A DNA stretch of 52,076 nucleotides from a candidate division GN15 bacterium (lineage in GTDB: Bacteria > Zixibacteria > MSB-5A5 > GN15 > FEB-12): NCBI GenBank assembly GCA_014727815.1, contig WJMS01000015.1, positions 1 through 52,076 of the forward strand. The letters run 5' to 3'. The translations under genes and the position numbers were made by a program. How positions within the stretch are numbered: position 1 is the first letter of the stretch; each line of letters opens with the position of its first letter. Positions 9,055 to 18,506 of this stretch are shown in pieces. The notes beneath the pieces are model-generated. The model was not told the DNA's origin, ran no database searches, and saw only the letters and a program-made list of their open reading frames with translations.

Positions 9055-11067
9055 ATGACACACATTCCTCTTCTAACAGACATCGTTGTGATTTTCGGCG
9101 TGGCGATCGGCGTCCTGTTCATCTGCCACCGTATCCGTATCCCTCCCATTGTCGGCTACCTGCTTACCGGGGTGCTGATCGGCCCGTACGGGCTCGGGTT
9201 TGTGCAGTCGGTGCACGATGTGGAGGCATTGGCGGAGATCGGCATCATTCTGCTGCTGTTCACGATCGGAATCGAGTTTTCGTTCCGCGATCTGCTGGGG
9301 GTGAAGCGGGCGGTTTTGCTCGGCGGAGCGCTTCAGGTCGGCCTGACTATTGTGGGGACATTCCTGGCGGTCCGCTATTTCGGTCAGAACAGCATGGAAG
9401 CCCTGTTCATGGGCTTTTTGATCGCGCTGAGCAGTACGGCGATTGTGCTGCGCAGTTTGCAGGAGCGCGCGGAGATATTCAGTCCGCACGGACGGGTGAT
9501 TCTTTCGATCCTGATCTTTCAGGATATTATCATTATACCAATGATGATCTTCACGCCGCTGCTGGCAGATTTTGGCGGCGATGTCGGTAGCTCGTTGATC
9601 GGTCTGCTCCTGAAGGGGATTGGCGTGATCGTGGCGGTGGTTATCTGCGCGCGGTATATTGTGCCGAACGTGCTGTTCCAGGTCACCCGTACGCGCAGCC
9701 GGGAGTTGTTCCTGTTGAGTATCGTGGTGATCTGCATGGCCGTTGCGTGGGGAACGAACGCATTGGGCCTGTCGCTGGGGCTGGGAGCATTCCTGGCCGG
9801 GCTGATCATCTCCGATTCGGAGTACAGCCACCAGGCGCTCGAGGGTATCTTGCCCTTTAAGGACGTCTTCAACAGCTTCTTCTTTGTATCGATTGGGATG
9901 CTTCTCGACACGTCGTTTGTGCTTTCTGAGCCGTTGACGATTGTGGGGGCGTCGATCGTTGTCTATCTCGGCAAGGCAGTGTTGGCGACGGCTGCCGCGC
10001 TCTTGCTCGGCCTGTCGGGACGGGCAGCGTTGCTGGTCGGCCTGGGGCTTGGACAGGTTGGGGAGTTTTCGTTCATCCTGTCGAGAGTCGGTATGGATTT
10101 CAATCTTCTGACCGGCAGTAACTACCAGCTCTTTATTGCCCTGTCGATCTTCACGATGGCCGCCACGCCGTTTGTGACGGTGGCAGCGCCGAAGCTGGCG
10201 ACGATTATGGCCGACTGGCCGTTAATCCGACGGTTTAAGGCGGGGTCGTACCGTTCGCTGGCGCAAAACGGCGAGGGGCATCTGTCGACGTTGAGCGATC
10301 ATCTGATCATTATCGGGTTTGGCGTCAACGGCAAAAATATCGCGCACGCCGCCCGCACTGCCCAGATCCCGTATGTGATCATCGAAATGAACCCGGACAC
10401 GGTCAAACAATGCCGTGAGCAGGGTGAGCCGATCTCATATGGTGACGCGACCAGTCTGGCGGTGTTGGAGCAGGCCCGGTTGAGTGAAGCGCGGATTGTT
10501 GTCGTGGCGATTTCCGACCCGGCAGCGACACGGCGCATCACCAATTCGATCCGGCGTTACAACGGCGGCGTGTACATTATCGTCCGTACGCGCTTCGTGG
10601 CCGAGGTGGAGCCGTTGGTGAAGCTCGGCGCGAACGAAGTGATTCCGGAGGAGTTTGAGACCTCGGTTGAGATCTTCACGCGGGTGCTGTCGCGATATCT
10701 TGTTCCGCGCGATGAAATCGAGCGGTTTACGTCGGAGATCCGTTCGCACAGCTACGAGATGCTGCGCAGTTTGTCGCAGCGGACAGCGACGGTTGGCGAT
10801 CTCGAGTTGAACATCCCCAACCTTCGAATCCAATCGCTGCGGGTGCCCGAGAAGTCCCCGGTGATCGGCAAGAGCCTGGCCGAACTGAATATTCGCGCTC
10901 GTTGCGGAGTGACACTGCTGGCTATCGTGCACAATTCTGAGGTTCGCTCCAATCCGACCGGTTCGGATCGACTGGCCGAAAAAGACGTCATGTTCGTGCT
11001 GGGCGACTCGGAGCGGACGGCCCGGCTCGATGCCCTGTTGAAGGGCAAAGACGTCGACGCCGCCTGA
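9055..11067 (+). CDS. Kef-type K+/H+ antiporter (CPA2) with TrkA-N and TrkA-C domains
   Basis: About 12 TM N-domain (LLLFTIGIE, ALSSTAIV, LIFQD, GEFSF), IIIGFGVNG Rossmann motif, C-terminal RCK-C domain. Confidence 0.93.
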   Translation: MTHIPLLTDIVVIFGVAIGVLFICHRIRIPPIVGYLLTGVLIGPYGLGFVQSVHDVEALAEIGIILLLFTIGIEFSFRDLLGVKRAVLLGGALQVGLTIVGTFLAVRYFGQNSMEALFMGFLIALSSTAIVLRSLQERAEIFSPHGRVILSILIFQDIIIIPMMIFTPLLADFGGDVGSSLIGLLLKGIGVIVAVVICARYIVPNVLFQVTRTRSRELFLLSIVVICMAVAWGTNALGLSLGLGAFLAGLIISDSEYSHQALEGILPFKDVFNSFFFVSIGMLLDTSFVLSEPLTIVGASIVVYLGKAVLATAAALLLGLSGRAALLVGLGLGQVGEFSFILSRVGMDFNLLTGSNYQLFIALSIFTMAATPFVTVAAPKLATIMADWPLIRRFKAGSYRSLAQNGEGHLSTLSDHLIIIGFGVNGKNIAHAARTAQIPYVIIEMNPDTVKQCREQGEPISYGDATSLAVLEQARLSEARIVVVAISDPAATRRITNSIRRYNGGVYIIVRTRFVAEVEPLVKLGANEVIPEEFETSVEIFTRVLSRYLVPRDEIERFTSEIRSHSYEMLRSLSQRTATVGDLELNIPNLRIQSLRVPEKSPVIGKSLAELNIRARCGVTLLAIVHNSEVRSNPTGSDRLAEKDVMFVLGDSERTARLDALLKGKDVDAA

Positions 11068-11297
11068 GGCCCTCCCCTGCTATACATCTTTCGGACATGA
11101 AACGGCCGGAGGTCCGCGTGGAACCTCCGACCACCCCTCCGGACAGATAGCCCCCACGCGTCTCTGTCCGCCCGGATACCGCCCATGCCGTCACTTCTCA
11201 GCGAGCTGATCGTCGAGCCGGTTGGCGGTGCTGATCAGCCCCATGAGATCGAGCACGTCGGGATCCTCACCTTTCGACGGTCAACCTGATTGAGAGA

Positions 11298-11762
11298 CTA
11301 CTCATCCTTGGACTGAGACATCGAGTCTTGCTCAGACTTGCGGGTGCGGCTGGTGTCGCTCGTGGCCGGCTTCTGCTTTGACGCCCCGAAGAGCTCTATC
11401 AACTTTCTGGTGATCTCTGCCGTCTGCCTCTCAGTCAGGCATGGCAGTATTGGGGGCAACAGCACGTCAATGGATGTCGTCGAGTCCGGCACAACCTCCA
11501 GACCGCAGATTTTGAGGCGATCGAAATCGGAATGAGATACCGACAGATCATACGTTCCGATCGGGATCCACTTTATTTCGAAACGACCGTCAGCATCGGT
11601 TGAGTCGCACAGGTTGTTTTGCACGAGTGTCACGAAGACGCCTTCTACAGGCTCACCGCTCATTTCATCTCTTATGACGCCTGCCATGTCACCGACCTTC
11701 CAGTCTGCTACAGCGCAGGTGGCCAAGAGCCAGGTCAGGCAGCCAACGGTTATTCGTTTCAC
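11298..11762 (-). CDS. Small secreted protein with a carboxypeptidase-regulatory-like (CarboxypepD_reg) domain
   Basis: Signal peptide, G.IRDE.SGEPVEGV.V, TDADGRF.I..IP.GTYDL.VSH; GGAGGTGG RBS. Confidence 0.7.
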   Translation of the reverse strand: MKRITVGCLTWLLATCAVADWKVGDMAGVIRDEMSGEPVEGVFVTLVQNNLCDSTDADGRFEIKWIPIGTYDLSVSHSDFDRLKICGLEVVPDSTTSIDVLLPPILPCLTERQTAEITRKLIELFGASKQKPATSDTSRTRKSEQDSMSQSKDE

Positions 11763-11920
11763 TGTCCACCTCCCCGTGTAAGATATTGATTGGTACTGTC
11801 TTGAGGGGATTCACCAAAGAGACGAGGGCGCTTGGGATTTCGTTCGAAATTATTTCGCTTGGCGCCGAACGATTTCTTGCAGGTCGTCCTTGACGACCGG
11901 CCCGAAAAGCCCGTCTTTCC

Positions 11921-11949
11921 GAAACCTTCGGCGACGCTGGGGCGTTGAA
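11921..11949 (+). promoter_or_regulatory. Putative ECF-sigma promoter (GAAAC-N17-CGTTGAA)
   Basis: Matches the recurrent motif of this window; lies upstream of the small ORF at 12019. Confidence 0.5.
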
Positions 11950-12018
11950 GGCGAGTATGATTCTGACCGGAGTGTCGGCACGGCCTGAGCCTTCGGTTGA
12001 GAGGAGATGAGTGACAGT

Positions 12019-12108
12019 ATGACGTTAACGCTTATTATCCTGGGGGCGGCGCTGGCCCTGATGGCGCGCCTGGTCTGGTGGGTATCGGACCGGCCCAGCG
12101 AAGACTGA
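12019..12108 (+). CDS. Unannotated 29-aa single-TM small protein (MTLTLIILGAALALMARLVWWVSDRPSED)
   Basis: GAGGAG at 12001-12006 (in-frame alternative ATG at 12007), hydrophobic helix, TGA 12106-12108, followed by its own terminator. Confidence 0.6.
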   Translation: MTLTLIILGAALALMARLVWWVSDRPSED

Positions 12109-12128
12109 GCAGCAACTACACGAGCACG

Positions 12129-12800
12129 TTACCGGCCGGCCGCCTTCGGGTGCGCCGGCCGTTTTTTTGCCAGGAGGTAGGCGAAGGCATGGTCATGGGG
12201 CCGACCGTGGGTCGTATCTTCTTCGCGAAGCTCCTCGTAGCGGATCACCCGGCAGGTGTCCTTTGTCAGGTCAAGCAGTTCGTTGGGGGCGAAGTAGTGA
12301 TGGATCATGTCGGACAGTTCGCTGGCCCCGGCCTCGCGGGCATGCCCGGGATCTTCGGTTGTGTGCGCCTTGACGAACAAGATGGCGTCATCCTTGAGCG
12401 ATGCGATGGCCCGGTGGATGACCGGGCGGACATCATCACCGGGGAGATGATCAAACAGGGTGACGGCAACGACCATGTCGAAGTGGTCGGTCGGGAAGGT
12501 GAAATCGCGCACATCGGATTGTACGGTGGTCAGTCGGTCGGCGTTGCCCTGCCGTCGGGCAAGCGACACCAGCTTGTCGAGGCCGACCTGCGAGAGGTCG
12601 ATCGCGGTGACTTCGTAACCGTGTGCGAGCAGGAAGAGCGTGTTACGGCCATCACCGCAGCCAAGATCGAGCGCGCGGCCCCCGGGCAGACCCGCCTCGA
12701 CCTGCTCGCGCAGCCAGGCCGATGGTTCGGCGCCAAACGACAGTTTTGTTTCGTCGTAGAACTCATCGAAGCGCCGTTTCTCTTCGTCGGATCGTTCCAT
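12129..12800 (-). CDS. Class I SAM-dependent methyltransferase (TehB-like)
   Basis: ALDLGCGDGRN, VTAIDLS, FDMVV motifs. Confidence 0.88.
   Translation of the reverse strand: MERSDEEKRRFDEFYDETKLSFGAEPSAWLREQVEAGLPGGRALDLGCGDGRNTLFLLAHGYEVTAIDLSQVGLDKLVSLARRQGNADRLTTVQSDVRDFTFPTDHFDMVVAVTLFDHLPGDDVRPVIHRAIASLKDDAILFVKAHTTEDPGHAREAGASELSDMIHHYFAPNELLDLTKDTCRVIRYEELREEDTTHGRPHDHAFAYLLAKKRPAHPKAAGR
12133..12168 (+). terminator. Rho-independent terminator on the + strand, overlapping the 3' end of the methyltransferase gene
   Basis: cggccggccgcc-ttcg-ggtgcgccggccg followed by T7. Confidence 0.75.
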
Positions 12801-12831
12801 ACACACGTCCCCAGCGCAGCCGTTGGCCGAG

Positions 12832-14079
12832 TCAGGCGCCCTTTTTCAAGCGGTAGACGGTTTCAAACGAGTTGAACAGGTCGAGATAGTTTTCGAGATA
12901 ACGCGTGAGCAGATAGCGCTCCTCGACAGTCTTTCTTGCGTTTTTGCCCAGTTCGTTTCTGAGGTCGTTGTCTTTGACTATTTGCACCATGCGTTGCGCC
13001 GTTTCTTCGACCGATGAGACGAGATATCCGTTGTGACCGTCCTTGATCTGATAGCGGATCCCGCCGACATTGCCGCCGATCACCGGCGTACTCTTCCACA
13101 TCGCCTCGGCTACGGTCAGGCCGAAGCCCTCGCGGATAGACTTCTGCACGACGACCGCGGCCCGGCGCTGGAGGGCGTTGACGAGGGCGGTGTCCTGCTG
13201 ACTGAGGATGATAATACGTTCTTCACGGCAGTTGAGCAACGATTCAAAGACCTTGTCGCCCTCGGGATCGTCGGTTGCGACGTTACCGAGCAACACCAGG
13301 GTGGCATCGATGTCCTTGCGGGCCTTTTTGAAGGCCTCGATCACGCCACGGGGGTCTTTCCATCGGTCGAACCTGGATATCTGGACGATGAGGGGCAGGT
13401 CGGTGGGTATGTCGTGATGGTCGAGGCGTTCCTGGACTTCCTCTTCGCTGAGTTCCTTGTTGGTCAGACAGAAGGGATCGATGGCGGGCTGGAAGAAGAG
13501 TTGCGGTGGTTTGATGTCCTGTCGGTACTCTTCGAGTGAGAACACGGCCGCATCATACATGTTAATATACTTCTGCAAGTACTGCCAGAGTTCGCCGTGG
13601 CGTTCGGTCAGGTCGACGTGACAGCGCCAGATCCACGGGCCCCGGCGGTTGTAATGAGCGATCATGGGCAGCGGCTGCGGGTCATGGATGATAACCAGGT
13701 CGTGATCGAGATGGTTGCGGACGGTGTTTTCGTACACGACCGACTCGTAGACCTTCTTCTTCTGATCGGAGAGGTTGATCTCACCGCCCTGCAGGCCGTT
13801 GTGCATCTTCTTGGTCACCCCGAAGAAATCGGGTGAGCCCTGGAGCACGCGCCAGCCGGTCTTGATGCCGACGCTGTTCATCAGGAGGATGAAGGATGAC
13901 AGCAGAGAGGCGACGCCACCGCCGTAGTAGGTGGCATTGACATGGGCGATGTGCTTGCCCTGGAGCGGACGGGCCTTTTCGTAGATGCGGTCGATCGCTT
14001 CCTGACCGATGAACTGCTGATAGTCGTCGATGTGCACCAGGTGTTCGTCGAGTTTCGAATCGTCACGTTGCTTACTCAT
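12832..14079 (-). CDS. treT: GT4 glycosyltransferase, trehalose synthase TreT-like
   Basis: HVNATYYGGGVA, IHDPQP, WRCHVD, SRFDRWKDP and EGFGLTVAEAMWK motifs. Confidence 0.85.
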   Translation of the reverse strand: MSKQRDDSKLDEHLVHIDDYQQFIGQEAIDRIYEKARPLQGKHIAHVNATYYGGGVASLLSSFILLMNSVGIKTGWRVLQGSPDFFGVTKKMHNGLQGGEINLSDQKKKVYESVVYENTVRNHLDHDLVIIHDPQPLPMIAHYNRRGPWIWRCHVDLTERHGELWQYLQKYINMYDAAVFSLEEYRQDIKPPQLFFQPAIDPFCLTNKELSEEEVQERLDHHDIPTDLPLIVQISRFDRWKDPRGVIEAFKKARKDIDATLVLLGNVATDDPEGDKVFESLLNCREERIIILSQQDTALVNALQRRAAVVVQKSIREGFGLTVAEAMWKSTPVIGGNVGGIRYQIKDGHNGYLVSSVEETAQRMVQIVKDNDLRNELGKNARKTVEERYLLTRYLENYLDLFNSFETVYRLKKGA

Positions 14080-15004
14080 GCGTCTCCTCTTCCAGTTCGG
14101 CGAAAAGCCGTTCGGTGTCTTTACGTCGGCATAGTTCGGTGCCCGGCGTCATGACAGCGGCGGCTCCGGCGGCGATGCCGAGCCGGACGGCACGATCGAG
14201 CGGCCAATCGCGGGTGAGACCGGCGATGATGCCGCCGACCATGCTGTCGCCTGCGCCGACTTTGCTGCGGATCGGGACGGTCGGCGAACGGTATTGCACG
14301 ATTTCGTCGCCGTTCACGAGCAGGGCGCCGCCAGAGCCGAGCGAGACGACCATTGCTTCACACTTGTCGCGGCTGCACAGTTCGCCGGCAGCCTGGTGGA
14401 TGTCGCGGTCGGTGTCGGTGGGTCGGCCGGAGATATCGCCCAGTTCGCGCAGATTCGGTTTGACCAGATACACGCCTTCTTCAACCGCCAGGCGCAGCGG
14501 TTCGCCGGAAGTGTCGACGATTACGCGAGCGCCGTTATGCCGTCCGATCGAGGCTACCCTGGCGTAGAAATCGTCGGGTACGCCCGGAGGCAAACTGCCG
14601 CTGGCGACGATATAGGTGGCGTCGGTGAGATCGCGAATGACCTGCAGACAGGCGTCCCATTCCGGTTGCGACAATTGCGGACCGGGCATGACGAAACGGA
14701 ACTGGCGGTCGCTGTTGTTTTCGGAGATGGTGACGTTTTCGCGGGTCATGCCTTCGATCGACACCGGTCGGGGATCGATATCACTATCGGCCAGCAAGCT
14801 GTTGAGCAGGTCGCCGTTGCTGCCGCCGCAGGGATAGCAGGCAGTGGCGCTCGCTCCCAGTCGCACCAGTACCCGGGCGACGTTCAGGCCGCCGCCGCCC
14901 GGTTCGAAATCAGGCTTGCCGCAGCGGAGCTTGCGTTCGGGCTGGACCTGGTCGACCGAGGCGCCGGTGTCGATACTGGGATTCATGGTGAGCGTGACGA
15001 CCAT
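14072..15004 (-). CDS. pfkB: 1-phosphofructokinase-family hexose kinase (PfkB)
   Basis: TLTMNPSID, GGGGLNVA, SGSLPPG, VKPNLREL, VGAGDS. Confidence 0.9.
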   Translation of the reverse strand: MVVTLTMNPSIDTGASVDQVQPERKLRCGKPDFEPGGGGLNVARVLVRLGASATACYPCGGSNGDLLNSLLADSDIDPRPVSIEGMTRENVTISENNSDRQFRFVMPGPQLSQPEWDACLQVIRDLTDATYIVASGSLPPGVPDDFYARVASIGRHNGARVIVDTSGEPLRLAVEEGVYLVKPNLRELGDISGRPTDTDRDIHQAAGELCSRDKCEAMVVSLGSGGALLVNGDEIVQYRSPTVPIRSKVGAGDSMVGGIIAGLTRDWPLDRAVRLGIAAGAAAVMTPGTELCRRKDTERLFAELEEETHE

Positions 15005-15007
15005 CGG

Positions 15008-15325
15008 TTAGTTCCCTTCACTACACGGTGCTATAAACTCCTGACGGAGCTGCCGAACGAGCTTCCGCCGGTCGCCGGTTGACTCCGGACCGTAGTAGGC
15101 TACTGCAAATGCGATGCTGCCGCCGAGCGACGCGATTCGCTCCCAGCAGTCACGACGCGTGTGGGTCATCACGGAACTCTTGACGTGGTCCGATTCGCCG
15201 ACATCGATGACGGTTGCGTGTTCGTTGATAGTCGACAGGACCGCATAGACGCCGGGGGTGTCTTTCAGTCGATCCGGTGCGGCGTGCAAGCGATCGAAGG
15301 TATGTCTACCTATTCTGACGTTCAC
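15008..15325 (-). CDS. Small GIY-YIG-fold-like protein, probably catalytically degenerate
   Basis: PGVYAV...IDVGES pattern; fits tightly into the operon (3 bp to pfkB). Confidence 0.55.
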   Translation of the reverse strand: MNVRIGRHTFDRLHAAPDRLKDTPGVYAVLSTINEHATVIDVGESDHVKSSVMTHTRRDCWERIASLGGSIAFAVAYYGPESTGDRRKLVRQLRQEFIAPCSEGN

Positions 15326-15358
15326 GAGACAATCTCCTGCGTATTGTCGTCGACACCA

Positions 15359-16117
15359 TCACGACCAGTAGACCGGGCGACCGTAGTAATCGTACAACAC
15401 CTGTTCATACTGGCGGTTGACCGGCATGCCGGGGTCGAACTCCGGGCTGTTTTCGATGCTGTCCCGAGTCAGGTCGATGGCTACTTTGGCCTCGCCCCAG
15501 CTGATATCGGTGATCCAGGGCGCGGGCAAGAGGACCTGACGGCCCGGGAGCCAGTCGCCGGTATCGATCACCAGGTAGCGGAGTATCCAGAGCTGGTCAT
15601 CGGCAATGAAGTCATCGACATGGCCGATATCACCGTCGGCGGCGCCGGCCTGGTAACCAAGCAACTCCCCCACACTTCGCAGGGGTGGTCCGCTCTGGGC
15701 GACCTCGGGCGAGGGCGAGTCGGCCCGGTTGTCGCCGGCCGGTTCATAGCCGGGATTGGTCGGCGACGGGAACGGCGCGCCCTGCAGGCCCCGAGACCAG
15801 TACGGCTGCCAGCCGAAGTGTTTGTGCAGTTGTTCCTCCTGGCGCCGCGAGACCGGCTCGGCCTGATCGATCGGCGGGGCGGCTTCGATCTGCTTGCGCG
15901 TCATATTCACCGGGAGAACTTTGTCATCCCAGTTCGGTTGACCGAGTTCCGATGGCGGGATCAGGACCTTGCGATCCGGCAGCCAGTCGCCGGTGTCGGC
16001 GACGAGGTAGCGGATATTCCACTCTTCTTCGTGGAAGAGAAAGTCCTTGGCCTTGCCGAACTCATCATCTTCCGACAACAACCTGTATCCGAGAATCTGT
16101 TTGAGACTTCGTAACAT
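15359..16117 (-). CDS. Tandem PRC-barrel domain protein
   Basis: Two repeats of G.V.D......W..RYLV.DTGDWLP.R.VL; ends YYGRPVYW. Confidence 0.9.
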   Translation of the reverse strand: MLRSLKQILGYRLLSEDDEFGKAKDFLFHEEEWNIRYLVADTGDWLPDRKVLIPPSELGQPNWDDKVLPVNMTRKQIEAAPPIDQAEPVSRRQEEQLHKHFGWQPYWSRGLQGAPFPSPTNPGYEPAGDNRADSPSPEVAQSGPPLRSVGELLGYQAGAADGDIGHVDDFIADDQLWILRYLVIDTGDWLPGRQVLLPAPWITDISWGEAKVAIDLTRDSIENSPEFDPGMPVNRQYEQVLYDYYGRPVYWS

Positions 16118-16170
16118 ACTTTGACCTCCTTAACGGCGTCTTGTGGCGCGTCTCGGGAACGAATTCACAG

Positions 16171-16569
16171 CTACGCAATGTAGCGTGCGATAATGGCAGC
16201 GACGACCACGATGAAAAAGACCCAGAAGAACACACCGAGCGCCATCTGGGTGTCGGCCCGGGCTTCGGCCTGCTCAATGGCCTCGACTCGTGAGCGGGGG
16301 CGCCGTGGCGGGACGATCGCCGCCAGTAGCAGGGCGATAATGAAGCCGACCAGCACGAACGGAACCCAGTAGGTGCCCCAGACGACGGGGCCGACCGGGG
16401 TCAGCCAGGCGCCACCGGCCCATGTGGCGAAGAACAGGATGAAAAACAGCAGCAAAAGTGACGGCCAGATGCCTACGCGACCGGGATACTGCCACCCGGC
16501 CAGGCCGGCCAGGATGAGACTGAGTATCAATGCGACGACAAAAGCCAGGAGCAGATCAATTAAAAACAT
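16171..16569 (-). CDS. Hypothetical 4-TM membrane protein
   Basis: Four hydrophobic segments; GGAGGG RBS; head of the operon. Confidence 0.8.
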   Translation of the reverse strand: MFLIDLLLAFVVALILSLILAGLAGWQYPGRVGIWPSLLLLFFILFFATWAGGAWLTPVGPVVWGTYWVPFVLVGFIIALLLAAIVPPRRPRSRVEAIEQAEARADTQMALGVFFWVFFIVVVAAIIARYIA

Positions 16570-16837
16570 GCCATGCCCTCCACGCGCTTATCATATTCCA
16601 CAGTTCGCTTCGCGGTGCAGCCGGATCGAGTCACTATCCGGCGGCGTGCGATCGGCGTTCGCCGACAGCTAGGTCAATCATCGTTCATGGAGAGGTTGCT
16701 GAGATGAGCCCTGGTCGGCAGTCAGGCGGACCCCGGTGAAGCCAAGGTCGACCAATCTCAAGGCGACACCGACACTCGATATATCTAATAGAGCGACCTT
16801 CGGTCTTCGGAGGAACCAACGATTGCCCTGTTATGTC

Positions 16838-16865
16838 CATAACAACCATCGGCTTGAATTGTTCG
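16838..16865 (-). promoter_or_regulatory. Putative ECF-sigma promoter (CGAAC-N16-TGTTATG) facing the treT operon
   Basis: Motif match; back-to-back with the + strand copy. Confidence 0.45.
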
Positions 16866-16879
16866 AAGGCAAAATGGCG

Positions 16880-16907
16880 AAAACAATCGGCCGGGGGTAC
16901 TGTTGTA
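16880..16907 (+). promoter_or_regulatory. Putative ECF-sigma promoter (AAAAC-N16-TGTTGTA) for the ligD genes
   Basis: Motif match ending 17 bp before the ATG at 16925. Confidence 0.55.
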
Positions 16908-16924
16908 GTGGAGAGAGGGCGGTT

Positions 16925-17527
16925 ATGGCAAAGAAACTCTCGGAATACTCCAAAAAGCGCGATCTGCGCAAGTCTCCCGAGCCGAAAGCCGGTCGCAAGA
17001 AAGGTAAAGGCAAGCGTATCTTCGTGATTCAAAAGCACGATGCCAGTACGCTGCACTATGATTTCCGCCTGGAGATCGATGGTGTGTTGAAATCGTGGGC
17101 GTTGCCGAAGGGTCCGTCGACAGATCCGTCGGACAAGCGACTGGCCATCAACACCGAGGACCACCCGTACGCATACAAGGACTTCGAAGGCGTCATACCT
17201 GAAGGTGAATACGGCGCCGGGGCGGTGCTGGTGTGGGACACCGGCACCTACGAGAATATCAAGAAAGAGAACGGCCGGACAGTGGCGATGCAGAAGTGTT
17301 TCGATCGCGGCCATATAGAGATCCGGCTCGAGGGCCAGAAACTGTCCGGCGGGTTCGTGTTGACCAAACTCAAAAAGGGCAAGAAGGACCAGTGGCTCTT
17401 CATCAAAATGAAGGATGACGCGGCCGATGCCCGGCGCAATCCGGTGAGCACCGAACCGCGATCAGTTCTGAGCGGTCGGACGATCCTGGAGATCGAGAAG
17501 AGTGATGAGCAAGATCCTGACCAGTAG
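16925..17527 (+). CDS. LigD 3'-phosphoesterase domain protein (stand-alone)
   Basis: Y..KRDL..SPEP, FVIQKHDASTLHYDFRLE, SWALPKGPS, TEDHP, GEYGAG.V.VWD.G. Confidence 0.93.
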   Translation: MAKKLSEYSKKRDLRKSPEPKAGRKKGKGKRIFVIQKHDASTLHYDFRLEIDGVLKSWALPKGPSTDPSDKRLAINTEDHPYAYKDFEGVIPEGEYGAGAVLVWDTGTYENIKKENGRTVAMQKCFDRGHIEIRLEGQKLSGGFVLTKLKKGKKDQWLFIKMKDDAADARRNPVSTEPRSVLSGRTILEIEKSDEQDPDQ

Positions 17528-18506
17528 TCAACGTGATGCAGCACGCCGGGGGGCCCAGCCAACGTTCATGTCGCCGATGCTTGCGCGGCTTACCAGGAAG
17601 CGCTTTTCCGACGACGGCTGGATCTACGAACGCAAGCTCGACGGTGAGCGCTGCCTGGCCGTGGTCAAAGGGGGAACCGTCAGTCTGTTCTCTCGAAATC
17701 GGCGCAATCTCAGCCCAGTTTATCCGGAGATAGTCGACCAGCTCGATGAAGATGGCGCGACCGGTTACATTGTGGATGGTGAAATTGTCGCGTTCAGTGG
17801 CAACCGCACGAGCTTCTCCCGCCTGCAGCAGCGCATGGGCATTGAGGATCCCGATGAAGCGCGTTCCAGCCCGGTCGCCGTCTACTACTACGTGTTTGAC
17901 GTCATGTTTGCCGACGGGCATGATCTTTGCGGCTTGCCGTTAGCGGAACGCAAGCGGGTTTTGAAGAAACTGCTCGCGTTCAGCAATCGGGTTCGCTGGA
18001 CGCCCTACCGGCGAGGCGATGGTGAGGCGTACTATCACGAGGCGTGTCGCAAGGGCTGGGAAGGGGTCATTGCCAAGCGGCTCGACGCATCTTATAGACA
18101 CAGTCGCAGTTCCGACTGGCTGAAATTCAAGTGCGTCAACCAGCAGGAGTTGGTCATCGGTGGTTACACCGACCCGGAAGGCTCGCGAATCGGGTTTGGC
18201 GCGCTGCTGGTGGGCTATTACGAGAAAGGCGAGCTGCGTTATGCCGGGAAGGTCGGCACCGGGTACGACGAAGAGACGCTGCGGTCACTGACGGAGAAGC
18301 TGACACGGCACGAGCGCAAGAGTTGTCCATTCGCCAATTCCGACGAGATCAAGGAACGGCGGCCGCACTGGGTCTCTCCCAAGCTGGTGGGACAGTTTGG
18401 TTTCACCGAGTGGACCGGTGACGGCAAGCTTCGCCATCCGCGTTTCCTCGGGCTCAGACAGGATAAGCCGCCCAAGCAGGTCAGGCGCGAGCAGTCGAAG
18501 GGGTGA
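17502..18506 (+). CDS. LigD ATP-dependent DNA ligase domain (stand-alone)
   Basis: PMLA, YERKLDGER (KxDG), VDGEIV, EGVIAKR, WLKFK, GKVGTG, LRHPRFLGLRQDK. Confidence 0.95.
   Translation: MMSKILTSSQRDAARRGAQPTFMSPMLARLTRKRFSDDGWIYERKLDGERCLAVVKGGTVSLFSRNRRNLSPVYPEIVDQLDEDGATGYIVDGEIVAFSGNRTSFSRLQQRMGIEDPDEARSSPVAVYYYVFDVMFADGHDLCGLPLAERKRVLKKLLAFSNRVRWTPYRRGDGEAYYHEACRKGWEGVIAKRLDASYRHSRSSDWLKFKCVNQQELVIGGYTDPEGSRIGFGALLVGYYEKGELRYAGKVGTGYDEETLRSLTEKLTRHERKSCPFANSDEIKERRPHWVSPKLVGQFGFTEWTGDGKLRHPRFLGLRQDKPPKQVRREQSKG

Noticed and set aside
11838-11898. Short palindromes atttcg-tt-cgaaat and ggtcgtc-ctt-gacgacc
   Set aside because: Short, single-copy and with no candidate regulator; chance cannot be excluded.
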